A stretch of 63,995 nt of DNA, filler included, from Diploschistes diacapsis (GCA_023645945.1; 5 parts of 5 records of this genome joined end to end with filler, not necessarily neighbours in it); one strand, 5' to 3'. Positions 49,690-61,801 are shown, numbered from the whole stretch's first letter. The notes: a model not told the origin generated them from the sequence alone. Translations and numbers: made by a program.

Positions 49690-51831
49690 ATGATTGCCCT
49701 ACCACATAGACGGGTCGCGCTCCCGGTCACGCTTGTTATCGTTCTTACCATCATCCTCGCCGCCTCTCTCCCAAGTTCATCGCACATCAGCTTTCGTAGA
49801 CTACAAACAGCATCAAGCTCAAGTAGAGCAACAGCAGCAGCAGCAGATCTTGAGGCAACGGCCAAAAGCAGAACCTCGGACCCAAAAGCTGTCGAGCCAT
49901 TGTTCAAAGCAACTTACGACCAGATCCTCGCCTCAGCTGCGCAAAAGCCATTAGCTAGGGACCCGTGCGTTGATTTGGTTGTTTCGGACGGTGGGAACCG
50001 CGCAAAGAGGGCAAAGGGCACGAAGGTCCTTGTTACGGGTGGAGCTGGTTTCATTGGGTCCAACTTGGTCGACCGGCTCCTGGACTTGGGATACTCGGTC
50101 CGCATCTTCGACAACCTGTACACTGGATACATCCGCAATGTTCCTCTCGACAACCCAAATGTGGAGCTCATTGTCGGTGATATCCTCGATAAAGAAATGC
50201 TTGCCAAGGCAGTGGAAGGAGTCGAATATGTATATCACTTGGCTGCCATGAGCAAGGTGGTTCCTTCCGTTAAATCTTCCGATATGGCTCGATTCTGTAC
50301 CGAGTCCAACGCCTTGGGGTCGTGGAACGTCCTCGACGCCGTTCGCAAGCAAGGCAGCATCAAGAAGGTCGTGTACGCAGCTTCGTCGACGTACTATGGC
50401 AACCAGCCTGCGCCTCAGACCGAAGACATGGCTCCGGACTTCTTGACTCCATATGCTGCCAGCAAATATGAAGGCGAGATCCAAATGCAGATGTTCGATC
50501 GCCTCTTCAGTGTCAATACCATCTCCACTCGCTTTTTCATGGTCTACGGTCCCCGTCAACCCAGTACCGGCGCATACGCCATCGTGACCGGAGTCTTCGC
50601 CAAGCAAGCTGCTGACGGAAAGCCATTGACCATTGAGGGAGATGGCAGCCACTACCGCGATTTCATCCATGTCTCCGATATCGTCGAGGGTCTGATCCTA
50701 TCTCAGCAAACCAAGGAGCTCCACGGAGATGTTATCAACCTTGGCTCAGGAACTGCCTATTCGGTCCAGGACGTGGCAAATCTTGTCTCCGGCAATCAGG
50801 TCCACGTCGATGCGAGGGCCAACGATCTCGAAGGAACCTTGGCCAACACTTGCAAGATGAGGAAGGCGATTAACTACCAGACCAAGAAAGACTTCAAGAC
50901 TGAGATGAGCTACATGGCCAAGGAGACGATGGCTGGAAACGTCTTTGCTCAATCGTGGCTCGACGCTGCTCGTGCTCTTTCCGCTCCCCACCTTCTCCCG
51001 GCTGGCTCGCCCCTTTTCCAATGGCCAAGGGATACCTCGGACTGGGATGCTCTCGTCTTTGCAATCAAGCGTGTTTCGGAGGAGGCGGGCGCCAGCAGCA
51101 GCGATGTCGGCCGTCGCATGAGCTTGATCATGTTCTCCATGACCGACGACGACACCGACAATGCGGCGAACATTCTCCTCAACACGGTTTTCTCCCTGGT
51201 CAGGTTCGGCGACGTCAAGGCATACATGGTTGGTGCCATGGACGACTCCGCACTGGATATCTGCACGACTCTCAACCTGCCGTGCTACGACGCTCGTGCG
51301 ACTACTGCAGCCGCCGTCATGTCGAGCCTTGTGTCCAGCGGCTTCGATGTGCATCTCGCCCAAGCCGGCAACTCTTACTACAACGCCATTGAATCCGAGT
51401 TCACGAAGGAGACCAGCAACGCCGACATCGCAGCTGCGAAGCCTTCCGGAGACATCTTCATCCGCTCCACGGACAAGACCAAGGCCGCTCTCAGCAAATG
51501 GGCCGAGTCGGCAGCCGAACGGGACTCGAAATTTAACCTCGGCAGCGAGATCTACAGCGCCGACAAGTGGCCTCAGCTCTCGGTCACCAAGAACAACTTC
51601 GTCGTTGAATGTACGGTCGCGCCATCCTTGAGCTGCGGAAAAGGGTTCTACGCATCTGCCAGCTGCAACAAGGCGGAGAGCTTGAACGCCACGATTTCAA
51701 CGCTCAAGGCTGCCAACGCATGGCATCTTTCGGACTGCCACGACCTCGCGCACTGCGACAGGCAGCAAATCGTGCCGCTGAGATGGGCCAGCTGGACGCC
51801 GGACTTGGCCGCAACGGGAGGCATTTGCTAA
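49690..51831 (+). CDS. Signal-anchored NAD-dependent NDP-sugar epimerase (extended SDR) fused to a C-terminal nucleotide-diphospho-sugar transferase (GT77)-like domain, intronless
   Basis: N-terminal hydrophobic helix; VLVTGGAGFIGS, YAASS, PYAASK, RFFMVYGPRQ, GDGSHYRDFIHVSD. C-terminal LLNTVFSL..G..YMVGAMDD.A...C..LNLPCY..LVSSGFDVHL resembles the GT77 start; that part is less certain. Confidence 0.85.
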   Translation: MIALPHRRVALPVTLVIVLTIILAASLPSSSHISFRRLQTASSSSRATAAAADLEATAKSRTSDPKAVEPLFKATYDQILASAAQKPLARDPCVDLVVSDGGNRAKRAKGTKVLVTGGAGFIGSNLVDRLLDLGYSVRIFDNLYTGYIRNVPLDNPNVELIVGDILDKEMLAKAVEGVEYVYHLAAMSKVVPSVKSSDMARFCTESNALGSWNVLDAVRKQGSIKKVVYAASSTYYGNQPAPQTEDMAPDFLTPYAASKYEGEIQMQMFDRLFSVNTISTRFFMVYGPRQPSTGAYAIVTGVFAKQAADGKPLTIEGDGSHYRDFIHVSDIVEGLILSQQTKELHGDVINLGSGTAYSVQDVANLVSGNQVHVDARANDLEGTLANTCKMRKAINYQTKKDFKTEMSYMAKETMAGNVFAQSWLDAARALSAPHLLPAGSPLFQWPRDTSDWDALVFAIKRVSEEAGASSSDVGRRMSLIMFSMTDDDTDNAANILLNTVFSLVRFGDVKAYMVGAMDDSALDICTTLNLPCYDARATTAAAVMSSLVSSGFDVHLAQAGNSYYNAIESEFTKETSNADIAAAKPSGDIFIRSTDKTKAALSKWAESAAERDSKFNLGSEIYSADKWPQLSVTKNNFVVECTVAPSLSCGKGFYASASCNKAESLNATISTLKAANAWHLSDCHDLAHCDRQQIVPLRWASWTPDLAATGGIC

Positions 51832-52258
51832 GGTAGGCAGGCCTCAGGATACGATGACGATGACGCGCGCGCGGTGCGGATTTGTATATATACCCTAACA
51901 CATATTTACACAACACGTTCGCTGCATATATTCTTGGACAGTTCTTTTGCATGGCATAGGCATAGGCGGCGTTCTTTTTTTCCCTTTTTTTTTTTTTTTG
52001 GATATCATTGGTGTCGAGACCGGGGGACTGACCTGCCTTTACTCAAACGTTAACAAAACAATATAAAATATTTGAAAAACTACTTCTGATCCTCCGTAGA
52101 GCTATTGTAGAGCTATTGTACTTGCGACGATCTCTTTCAACCCAGAGCCCCTCTCCACCAATCTCAGAGTCATCCTCAGCAGATGACTTGGCCGTGTACA
52201 CTGTCCAACAATGGATGGCAGCTACTGGACATTCGCTTGCTTGCCAGGGTGGGGGGGG

Positions 52259-52358
52259 NNNNNNNNNNNNNNNNNNNNNNNNNNNNNNNNNNNNNNNNNN
52301 NNTTAATTAATTAANNNNNNNNNNNNNNNNNNNNNNNNNNNNNNNNNNNNNNNNNNNN
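52259..52358. other. Artificial contig linker
   Basis: N44-TTAATTAATTAA-N44. Confidence 0.99.
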
Positions 52359-52691
52359 GGGCGGAGGGGAGGGAAGTACATGGGAAGAGGAGGTTATGGA
52401 TTTGATAATCAAGGCGAAAGGGAGTGGGCTTTGGGAAGGTGTGGTAGTGGGCGGCTGCTGTAAGACAGGCCCAGAGGAGATTAGCAGGCTGAGAGGCAGG
52501 ATAGACAAATTTCAGGCAGCGTTGGAAAAGCGGTTACCTTAAGATCTGCATTGCAACTTTTCGTGGTTGTAGCCACTTTTGTCAACTGAATCTGTTCCTG
52601 CGTGCATTGGCAATTAGCCGTACTCTGGTAGGCTTGCTAATAACAGCACTGCCGTCATGGAGTCAGACTATAATATATGCTAGCTCCATTC

Positions 52692-54476
52692 TCAAGATTG
52701 GCCAGGAGCCTTGCTCTTCGCAAGCGTCCAAAAGCTATCCATCTTTGCCCTATGTAATGCATCTTTGGCATCCTTATCAGTCTCGCACACCTTACTTCCC
52801 CATTTGCGAAACGCTCTGGCTCTCTGCTCTCCTTCCCATACCAGGGTACACGCGTTCGAACTCAGATCCTTAATGTTTCCCTTCTCGTCTTCGGCCTGTA
52901 GCCACGCCGCTAAAGCCTCCTGATTACTTTCACGCGCACTATTAGCTCCACTGCTCTCCGTCCAATCGATGCGATTCAGCATCAGCTTCTTGTAGAATTT
53001 GATGCTGTGTTGGCCACCTTCAACGACGACCAGACAGTACCTCGGATGCATGATGCAAATCCCGGTCAAGGCGTTCTGCTCCGCATTCTTCGAAATCTTG
53101 AATCGATGTCGTCCGTTCGCTAAGCTTTCGATTCTGTAAACAGAGCAGTGAATACCCTTTGCCGCGTCGTCTGCCTGTTGCTTGGCCAGTTTCTCGTGCC
53201 TTTCTTCCTTTGTGAGCTTACGCTCTTCATTTTGTTCCATGTGCTTTTGGTAGCGATCGGCAATCTCGCGATTCACGCGTGCCTCAACGGCTGTTGGATC
53301 TTTAACTGCCTCCTCTCCTAACACTCGCATTAAATTAGATTTCTTGACTTTGGGCGGAGCAGCAGGCTCCAGACCCAAGCGCACTTTCGTCTGCTGCTCT
53401 TTCAATTCCTCCATGCGCCGTTGGCGCCGTTTTTTCTTCTGCTCTTTCTCTGTCAGGTACATAGGCTTCGGAGCAGCCGTGATTTTCTCTTGTGGTGGCT
53501 CAACAGCGACGGGGTGTTGAATATAGACGGTCACAACCGAGTCTGGTGTGTCGATCCTAAGACCATCTAGCAAGCTAGTATCGGTATAGTTCGAGCCAGC
53601 AACAAGACTCTCGTCCCACCACTCAATCTCGGGTGGTTCTGGTACCAAGAACACTTTCTCCGTCTCAATATCATCCACCATGCCAGCCCGTTTTGATTGT
53701 TCCGCGATTCTCTTCTTCATAGCCTCAAGAGCTGCCTGCCTTCGAAGAGCAGCTGCTTGTTGTACGTATTTACCTTTCTGGTTAAATACCAACTGGCGAG
53801 GCACACGTCCCTTGGATATCGCATTTTTAGCTCCTAGGGAAGAATCAAAATAAGGATTCTGCTTCAATTCCTCTATTGACGGTCCGGACAGATCTAGCTG
53901 CTTTTTGGGCTTTGTAGGCCTGGCGTGAAGGGATGACTCGGTTCTCCTATTTGCCATGGTTGTGGCAAACTTTGGCTGCATGGCCTGCCGACTTCTGATG
54001 GACTTGGGATCTTGACTTGAGTCGCCGACCAGCGCAGGATGTAGACCGACGTCAAGCCCTCCTCTTGCGCGTGATATACCGTCTTCATATTGTGGTTGGT
54101 ATTCCGGAACAGCCGGGGATATAGTGCGAGGTGATAATGAGCTATCGTTCTGTTTCGCTGCTGCAACTCTTGCTCTAAGTTGTGCTATTCGGTCTAGTAC
54201 GGTTGGATTTGACGCGGAGGGTGAGAATGCATTTGTTGCTGATGTTGTCGCGCCAATGGTGGGTATAGTTCCCTTATTGCCCTGCAGCTGGGCCGCCTTG
54301 GCCGAAATTTTGGCGCGTGCTTCTTGAACGATCTTGTCAAGATCGGCCTTCGAGGTGACGGCCCCATTCAATTGAGGGGCTTGAGGGCTATTCAGAGAGC
54401 GAGGCTTCTTCTGGGAACGATCAGTTGTATCGTCCGGGTAAGGCCGTTTCAGCCCATTCACGTGGGTTGCAGCCAT
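52692..54476 (-). CDS. PRP3: U4/U6 snRNP protein Prp3
   Basis: PPEIEWWD, YIQHP, KVRLGLEPAAPPKVKKSNLMRVLG, VVVEGG, YKKLMLNRIDW, CTLVWEG. First ATG at 54476. Confidence 0.95.
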   Translation of the reverse strand: MAATHVNGLKRPYPDDTTDRSQKKPRSLNSPQAPQLNGAVTSKADLDKIVQEARAKISAKAAQLQGNKGTIPTIGATTSATNAFSPSASNPTVLDRIAQLRARVAAAKQNDSSLSPRTISPAVPEYQPQYEDGISRARGGLDVGLHPALVGDSSQDPKSIRSRQAMQPKFATTMANRRTESSLHARPTKPKKQLDLSGPSIEELKQNPYFDSSLGAKNAISKGRVPRQLVFNQKGKYVQQAAALRRQAALEAMKKRIAEQSKRAGMVDDIETEKVFLVPEPPEIEWWDESLVAGSNYTDTSLLDGLRIDTPDSVVTVYIQHPVAVEPPQEKITAAPKPMYLTEKEQKKKRRQRRMEELKEQQTKVRLGLEPAAPPKVKKSNLMRVLGEEAVKDPTAVEARVNREIADRYQKHMEQNEERKLTKEERHEKLAKQQADDAAKGIHCSVYRIESLANGRHRFKISKNAEQNALTGICIMHPRYCLVVVEGGQHSIKFYKKLMLNRIDWTESSGANSARESNQEALAAWLQAEDEKGNIKDLSSNACTLVWEGEQRARAFRKWGSKVCETDKDAKDALHRAKMDSFWTLAKSKAPGQS

Positions 54477-54835
54477 ACTGCCGCTATGTAAATCCAAGTC
54501 ACTCGAAGAGGCCGAACTTGAACATTTATTTCCGGCGTCCAAATTATGAAGATAAGCACCTGAAAGGTTGAAAGGTGATGAAATTCAGGAAAGAGACAAC
54601 TTGTAGTCCAAACCTTGGCCATGGAATTTCAGCCCTACACAGGCTTGGCGGTCGTTTGGTCGCAACAAACTACAAGCAGGACTTGCCGCTAAACGCAGCA
54701 TATATGGGGAGTAGAAAGAAAAGATCCAAACGACCAAGTCGAAAGCTTTGAAATATTGAACACTGACTCGGAAGACTTTGAAAAGATGTTCAGTGATTTC
54801 CGTTTATCCTATAACGAAGAAAGCCTGCAGCTGCC

Positions 54836-57800
54836 ATGAATGTTTCTCATCCCGTGGCTTCCAGAATTGGAAGTGTAAACTTTGACATTCTCTCTAGCAA
54901 TGAAGTGCGAGAGCTCTCAGTTAAACGAATTTGGAACAAGGAAACCTTCGATACCCTACTGCATCCTACGCCAGGGGGACTCTACGATACCGCCTTGGGC
55001 GCGAGCGGTGGTCGTTTGTTAGAACTCCATTATATCTTCTATGCTGAATGGAATTGATTTTTCGCTAGGTGCTCAACATGTCACATGAAATTTTATTCTT
55101 GCCCGGGGCATCCGGGCCATATAGAGCTTCTCGTTCGGGTATATTCCTGCATTTTCATGGATCAAATGCTCAAGTTAATGAACGGCCATTGCTCTTTTTG
55201 TTGCAGATTCAAATTGCCTCGAACGGAAGTCAATAAATACATCTGCAAACTACGCTTAATCGGGGTTGGTCTCATCAATGAGGCAAAGGAACTTGACGAT
55301 ATCACTATGGTGTCTGCTCAGTTTGCCCCTAAACCCGACGCAGACGACTCCAACGAGGATGTAGAAGAAAGACGAGACGATCTCGTTAGGTTCAGAAACA
55401 ACTTTGTCAGGCATGCAATTAGGAAAGTTCGAAAGAGAGGTGCAAACGCCAACCCTTTCCCAAACAAAGTCCAAGGCGTCGCCGAGCAGCGCCGAGCTGT
55501 CATCAAGGAGTTCCTCAGCGCCATTACAAAGGCCCCAAAGACACAACCTTGCTCTACTTGCGGAGGCGTCAGTCCAGCCTATCGCAAAGAAGGGTTTAGT
55601 AAAATCTTTCGGAAACCATTGAGTGATAGTGCCAAAGCCAAAAACGCAAAGTTGGGGAAGAAGCATGTAAATCGTGTAGTTGAGATGGCACGGGCAAAGA
55701 AGAAAGCTCGCGAAGAAAGATTGCAGGATCGCGCTGTTGATGAGGGTATTGTCCTTAGCACCGACTCACCAACAGATGTTGAGGAAGACTCGGAGATTCT
55801 TCAGATCGATCATCTCGTTGTTGATGGAACCAGCACGACTCAAAGATCAGCCAATAAATCATCCATCTCAGACCATGAGCAGTACCTCAACCCGGAAGAA
55901 GTATACGCGATTTTGTCTGTGTTTTTTGAAAAGGAACAAGAGATGCTTAGTTTAATCTATAATCCTAGCCCAATCTTTTCCGGCCGTAAGATCTTGACGC
56001 CTGACCGATTTTTCCTGCAAAATTTGCTGGTTCCACCTAACAAGTATCGGCCGGAAGCAAGGATCGCCAATGGCATCACTGAAGCCCAACAAAACTCTCT
56101 TTACAAGCGAATTATAGCTCAGTGTGATCTAATGGTTTCGATCAGTCGAGAAATGGAGGGCGAAGGGAAGCAAAGAGCTAGGACTAGAGATTTCAATGAT
56201 TTTCAAAAAGCATGGATAGATCTCCAAGACGCGGTCAACTCCTTGATTGATAGTGATCGGAATTCACTTAGTTCGAGAAGCAACTTGCAGATTGAGGAAG
56301 GGATTAAGCAGAAGCTGGAGAAAAAGGAGGGCTTGTTTCGAAAGAACATGATGGGCAAGAGAGTCAACTTCGCTGCGCGAAGTGTTATTTCCCCCGATCC
56401 CAACATTGATACCAACGAGATTGGAGTGCCTATACAAATAGCCCGGAGGCTAACGTACCCTGAATCTGTCACGAACCACAATATCTACGATCTCAGAGAA
56501 GCTGTTCTGAATGGTCCCAACGAATGGCCCGGTGCATCTGCAATCGAAAATGAATACGGCCAGGTGCTGCACCTCAAGTTCAAATCTTTTGATGAGAGAC
56601 AAGCTCTTGCGAATCAACTTCTTGCGCCGTCGGGAACCAATGTCAAAGGAGCAAGGAACAAAAAGGTTTATCGTTATTTGAACAACGGAGATATTGTAAT
56701 TATGAATCGTCAACCTACCCTCCATAAGCCCTCGATGATGTGCCATCGTGCGAGAATCCTGCCTGGAGAAAAGACGATTAGAATGCATTACGCGAATTGC
56801 AACACATACAATGCTGACTTTGATGGGGACGAAATGAACCTCCACTTTCCTCAAAATGAGAATGCCCGCGCAGAAGCAATGCTGTTCGCAGATACAGATA
56901 ATCAATACCTTGTGGCAACAGCGGGAAATCCACTCCGTGGCTTGATCCAAGACCATATCTCTATGGGAGTTTGGCTGACAAACAGGGACACTTTCTTCAC
57001 GAGAAGTGAGTATCATCAACTATTGTACAGCTCGATGCGACCGGAAAAAGGACACACGTTTACTGAGCGGATCGAAACTGTCACACCCGCAATTCTAAAA
57101 CCAGTTCCTCTTTGGTCGGGAAAACAAGTCGTGACGACAGTGCTAAAGAATATCACATCCTCGGAGTATTCCGGCTTAACAGTGACTGGCAAGTCTTCCA
57201 CTCCAGGGGATCGCTGGGGCAAGAATTCGGAGGAAGCCGATGTAGTTTTCCAGTCTGGCGAGCTTCTCTGCGGTATTTTGGATAAGCGGCAGCTCGGCCC
57301 CACGGCTGGAGGCTTTGTACACTCAGTGTACGAAGCCTACGGGCATACCACTGCTGGAAAGCTCTTGAGTATACTCGGCCGGCTCTTGACAAGACTATTG
57401 CATATGCGAGCGCTTTCATGTGGGATGGAAGATATTGTATTAACCGAGGTTGGGGACACTGCAAGGAAGGAGGCTATGAAAAACGCTGAGAAGATAGGTT
57501 TTGAGGTGGCTTCGAAGTATGTATCGCTTGGGGATATAGAAAACGACGATCATGAATTACGAAGTCGTTTGGAAGAAGTTTTACGCGACGATCACAAACT
57601 CGTGGGCCTGGATAGCGTGTATAAGAGGCGAAATCAAGAATTTTATTCCGAGCTCCCAAAAACTTTCCTGCCCGGTGGTCTTTTCAAACCATATCCGCGA
57701 AACCAGATGCAGCTTATGACAACTTCCGGTGCGAAAGGTTCTTTAGTTCAAGCAACTCACATCTCAGCCAACCTCGGACAACAGGTTCTCGAAGGGCGAA

Positions 57801-59998
57801 GGGTCCCGGTCATGGTGAGCGGAAAGTCGCTGCCCTCCTTCAAGCCATTTGAAACCCACATTCGAGCCGGAGGCTACATCACAGATCGTTATCTGACAGG
57901 AGTTCGGCCCCAAGCGTATTTCTTCCATGCCATGGCTGGACGGGAAGGTTTGATAGACACTGCGGTGAAAACCTCGAGCTCTGGATACCTGCAAAGATGT
58001 CTTGTTAAAGGCATGGAAGGCCTGAAAGTAGAATATGATACGTCAGTCAGAGATAGTGATGGAAGCATGATCCAATTTCTGTACGGCGAAGATGGGCTCG
58101 ATGTCGCCAAGCAGAAGGCGCTAAAAGAGTTTGGATTCTTGGCAGCCAATTTTGATGCGATCATTGCTCAGGTCAATATACAAGAAGTTTATGAGAAGAT
58201 CTTCAGCACAACCGCTGTGGAGTGGCAAAAGAAAGCACTTAAAACATTGAGGAAAACCGGATGCATCGATGCTATTGACCCAGCTCTTTCTCAATTCAAC
58301 CCCGGTAGTGTTTGGGGCAGCACATCAGAGTCTTTCGCTAAAGCTCTGAAGCAATATGAGGACGAAAACCCACAAAGGTTGCTTAGAGACAAAAGGACCG
58401 CGCCTGATGCCGCTCTAGCCAAGAAGGCCTTCAGGGCATTACTCGATGTCAAGTACATGAAATCGGTCGTAGACCCTGGTGAGGCTGTGGGTATTATTGC
58501 AGCTCAATCGACTGGGGAACCGTCCACACAGATGACCTTGAACACTTTCCATTTGGCCGGTCATTCCGCCAAAAACGTAACTCTAGGTATACCTCGCTTA
58601 CGCGAGATCTTGATGAGTGCCAGTACGAATATCATGACACCTACAATGACACTATATCTCAATCCAGAAACAACTCCAGAAGATGGAAAGACGTTTGCAC
58701 AAGGTATAACGAAACTCACTCTGGCGGAAGTACTTGAGGGTGTGGTTGTCCGGGAGAGAGTTGGCGCCGGGAAACTTTACGAAAGGGCGAGGACCTACGA
58801 TATTCGCCTGAATTTATTTCCATCAACGGACTACACCGTCGCATACGCTATTCAAGTTGCCGATGTTGCACGAGCCATTGAAGTCGAGTTTATTTCTGCC
58901 CTAACACGTGCTGTTGCCAAAGACCTCAAATTCAGAGGCCCAAAGACATCCAAAGCGGACATCGGTAAATCTGTTGGGAAAATAGATAGTAGGAAACAGA
59001 GTAGAGCAAGAGAAGAAGGTGATGAAGGCGGAGAAACAGCGGAGAGAGCTGCTGCCAAAGACCGAGATCGGGAGAATATGGATGCGGAGGATGAGGATGA
59101 TCCCGATGACGATGCCACTCAATTCAAGCAAAAGAATCGCGGTGCTGGCGCAATTGCATATGATGCTCCTGATGACGAGGAAGAAGCTATCGCTAGGCAA
59201 GCGCGTATTGACAGCGAAGAACCAGAGTCTGGCCACGAATTAGAGGACGAAGGCTATGGCGGCAGCACTCGTAACTCACCTGCACCGGGCGATGACAAGG
59301 ACGGCATGGACCCTGACCGACGAAGCGACGCCGAAAAACAGAGAGATCGCTTAATGGAAGGGAGCAAAGATCTCATTGACTTTTCATTCGATGAAAAAAA
59401 TGGCTTGTGGTGTAAGCTGTTGTTCGAATATGATGTCGGCAGTCCGAAGCTCTTGATGCTGAACCACGTTGAGTCGGCCTGTCGGGAGGCTGTGATTCAA
59501 TCCATCCCAGGGCTTGGAGCCTGCACCTACGTTCCAGAAGAGGAGAAGGAAAAGAAGCCGCACTACATCTTAACGGAGGGAGTCAACTTCCTTGCGATGT
59601 GCGATTATCAACACATCATCGATCCCAACTCGATGATCTCAAATGACATCGCCTCCGTCCTTCACTACTATGGAGTAGAGGCAGCGCGGAGCACGATAAT
59701 TGCCGAGATGAACGCAGTATTCACGGGACACGGTATCAACGTCGACGTTAGGCATCTCAACCTCATTGCTGACTACATGACCAGAGGCGGTGGGTTTTCT
59801 CCATTCAATCGGCTTGCAATGAGCAGTGGCGTGAGTCCATTTGCTAAGATGAGCTTCGAAACGACAATGGCGTTTGTGAAAGATGCAGTCGCACATTCCG
59901 ATATGGACGATTTGAAGAACCCTAGTGCTCGCTTGGTAGTCGGCAGATTACCCCAGTCGGGAACTGGCTCTTTTGAGGTCCTAGTTCCTGTTGAATGA
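54836..59998 (+). CDS. RPA190: DNA-directed RNA polymerase I largest subunit (one intron 55018-55068)
   Basis: GGLYDTALG/CSTC, CPGHPGHIEL, KKEGLFRKNMMGKRVNFAARSVISPD, catalytic YNADFDGDEMN, GEPSTQMTLNTFH, Pol I acidic expander region. Confidence 0.98.
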
Positions 59999-60307
59999 AT
60001 CTCTAGCACTCTTTACCATTAAGCATCTCGCTGTTGTACATTAGGTAGAGATAAAGATAATGGACATGAAATGCTCGATAATGAATTATTGCTACCTCAG
60101 GTGCTATTAACGGCTAGTGTAACAATACCCTTTATCTCGCCTTTTCACTACAACTCCAAGTGGTCACTTATAGATCAATAACCCCCTTTTCATTCCAGCA
60201 GGATTGCCTTTTCGGAACCTACAGCTTTATTTCCGGTCAGCTCGCTTAATTCCGCAGGTCCCTTTTGGGGTTTTGTTCACTCATAGCAATGATTTCTCTA
60301 TGAAGCC

Positions 60308-61801
60308 ATGGCGGAGCGATCAGCACTTTTCGCTGCACAACGGCTTGAAGCTACGAGCAAGTCGGTCCAAAGACTCCTATCCACAGCTACAGGATTTCCG
60401 CGTCCTGCGCGGCCGTCGATCGCACCAAAGCCTACAATCGACATCAAAAGCATCCGCCAAAACCCCGACCTCTACTCCCAGAACTGTGTCAACCGTAACT
60501 ATAATGCACTGTCTGAGCATCCGAGACGAATTGTGGAGCTTTTCGACCAGTGGAAAGAGCTTCAGTATCAAGCACGCAGCTTGCGTGAGAAGAACAACAA
60601 TCTTCGAACCCAGTTGACTCATCCGAAAAACTTCAGTGGTAATGGAGCAGTGGAGCACCACAGCGGCTTAGACAAGAATGAGATACTGGAGGAAGCCAGA
60701 AAGTTGAAGGAGGAGATTGGCGTTATAGCACAGCAGGAAGAGGTGCTGGATTCTCAGATGCAAGAGCTTGCGCAGGACCTTCCGAATCTTACAAGTGCAG
60801 AGACACCAGTGGGTCCAGAGCCGAAAGTCCTGGAGTACATCAACGAGCACCTGGAGAAAACAAAAGCAACGAAAGAATCATCATCACATGTGCTGATAGG
60901 CACAGAGCTTGATGTTCTTGACTTCACGGCAGCCGCAGGTGCGAGCGGATGGGGCTACTACTATTTGAAAAACGAAGCTGCTCTACTTGAACAAGCTCTC
61001 GTACAATTCGCACTAATTGTTGCAAGAGAAAATGGCTTTAGAGTCGTCTCACCGCCATCGATGGTCTACTCGCACATATCCTCAGCTTGCGGCTTCCGGC
61101 CTAGGGATCTAGGCGGAGAACAGCAGGTATACACGATATCGCGACAAGAGCAGGATAAGGGAAAACCGGAGATGAGCCTAGCGGGTACGGCAGAGATACC
61201 GTTTGCGGCGATGAAGGCGAATGCGGAGATTGACGAGGCCGAGCTCCCTTTACGCGTAGTGGGAAGCAGCCGTTGCTACCGTGCGGAGGCAGGAAGTCGT
61301 GGAGTCGATACCAAGGGTCTATATCGGGTCCATGAGTTCACGAAAGTTGAGATGTTCGGTTGGACGAGGCCTGATGAATCCGTAAATGATCTATTTCATC
61401 AGATGGTTTCGGTGCAGAAGCAGATACTGCGGGCCCTTGGCCTCTATTGCCGTGTGCTTGAGCAACCGAGTCATGACCTTGGAGCCAGCGCTGCACGCAA
61501 GCAGGATATCGAAGCTTTCTTTCCGTCCAGAAGAGACCGGAATGAAGGGTGGGGGGAAGTAACTTCGACCTCGATATGTACTGATTATCAAACGAGAAGG
61601 CTTGCCACAAGGACGAGAAGTGCAGCAGGCGGTAGGATGGCTTATCCTTATACTGCGAACGGGACCGCCATGGCTATACCCCGTGTCATTGCAGCTCTGC
61701 TGGAGAACAACTGGAATGAGCGGGAGTCTTGCGTAAGGATACCGCAGGTGCTCTGGCCTTGGATGCACGGGATAGAGATCATGCGGCGCCAGAAGCAGTG
61801 A
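60308..61801 (+). CDS. DIA4: Seryl-tRNA synthetase, mitochondrial
   Basis: Basic presequence, RPSIAPKPTIDIKSIRQNP, LAGTAEIP, CYRAEAG, GLYRVHEFTKVEMF, CTDYQTRRL, NGTAMAIPR. Confidence 0.92.
   Translation: MAERSALFAAQRLEATSKSVQRLLSTATGFPRPARPSIAPKPTIDIKSIRQNPDLYSQNCVNRNYNALSEHPRRIVELFDQWKELQYQARSLREKNNNLRTQLTHPKNFSGNGAVEHHSGLDKNEILEEARKLKEEIGVIAQQEEVLDSQMQELAQDLPNLTSAETPVGPEPKVLEYINEHLEKTKATKESSSHVLIGTELDVLDFTAAAGASGWGYYYLKNEAALLEQALVQFALIVARENGFRVVSPPSMVYSHISSACGFRPRDLGGEQQVYTISRQEQDKGKPEMSLAGTAEIPFAAMKANAEIDEAELPLRVVGSSRCYRAEAGSRGVDTKGLYRVHEFTKVEMFGWTRPDESVNDLFHQMVSVQKQILRALGLYCRVLEQPSHDLGASAARKQDIEAFFPSRRDRNEGWGEVTSTSICTDYQTRRLATRTRSAAGGRMAYPYTANGTAMAIPRVIAALLENNWNERESCVRIPQVLWPWMHGIEIMRRQKQ

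Noticed and set aside
13023..52358. Recurring palindromic TTAATTAATTAA in N runs about every 13 kb, and ORFs ending in LIN
   Set aside because: Artificial linker between size-sorted contigs. Adjacency across linkers has no biological meaning.
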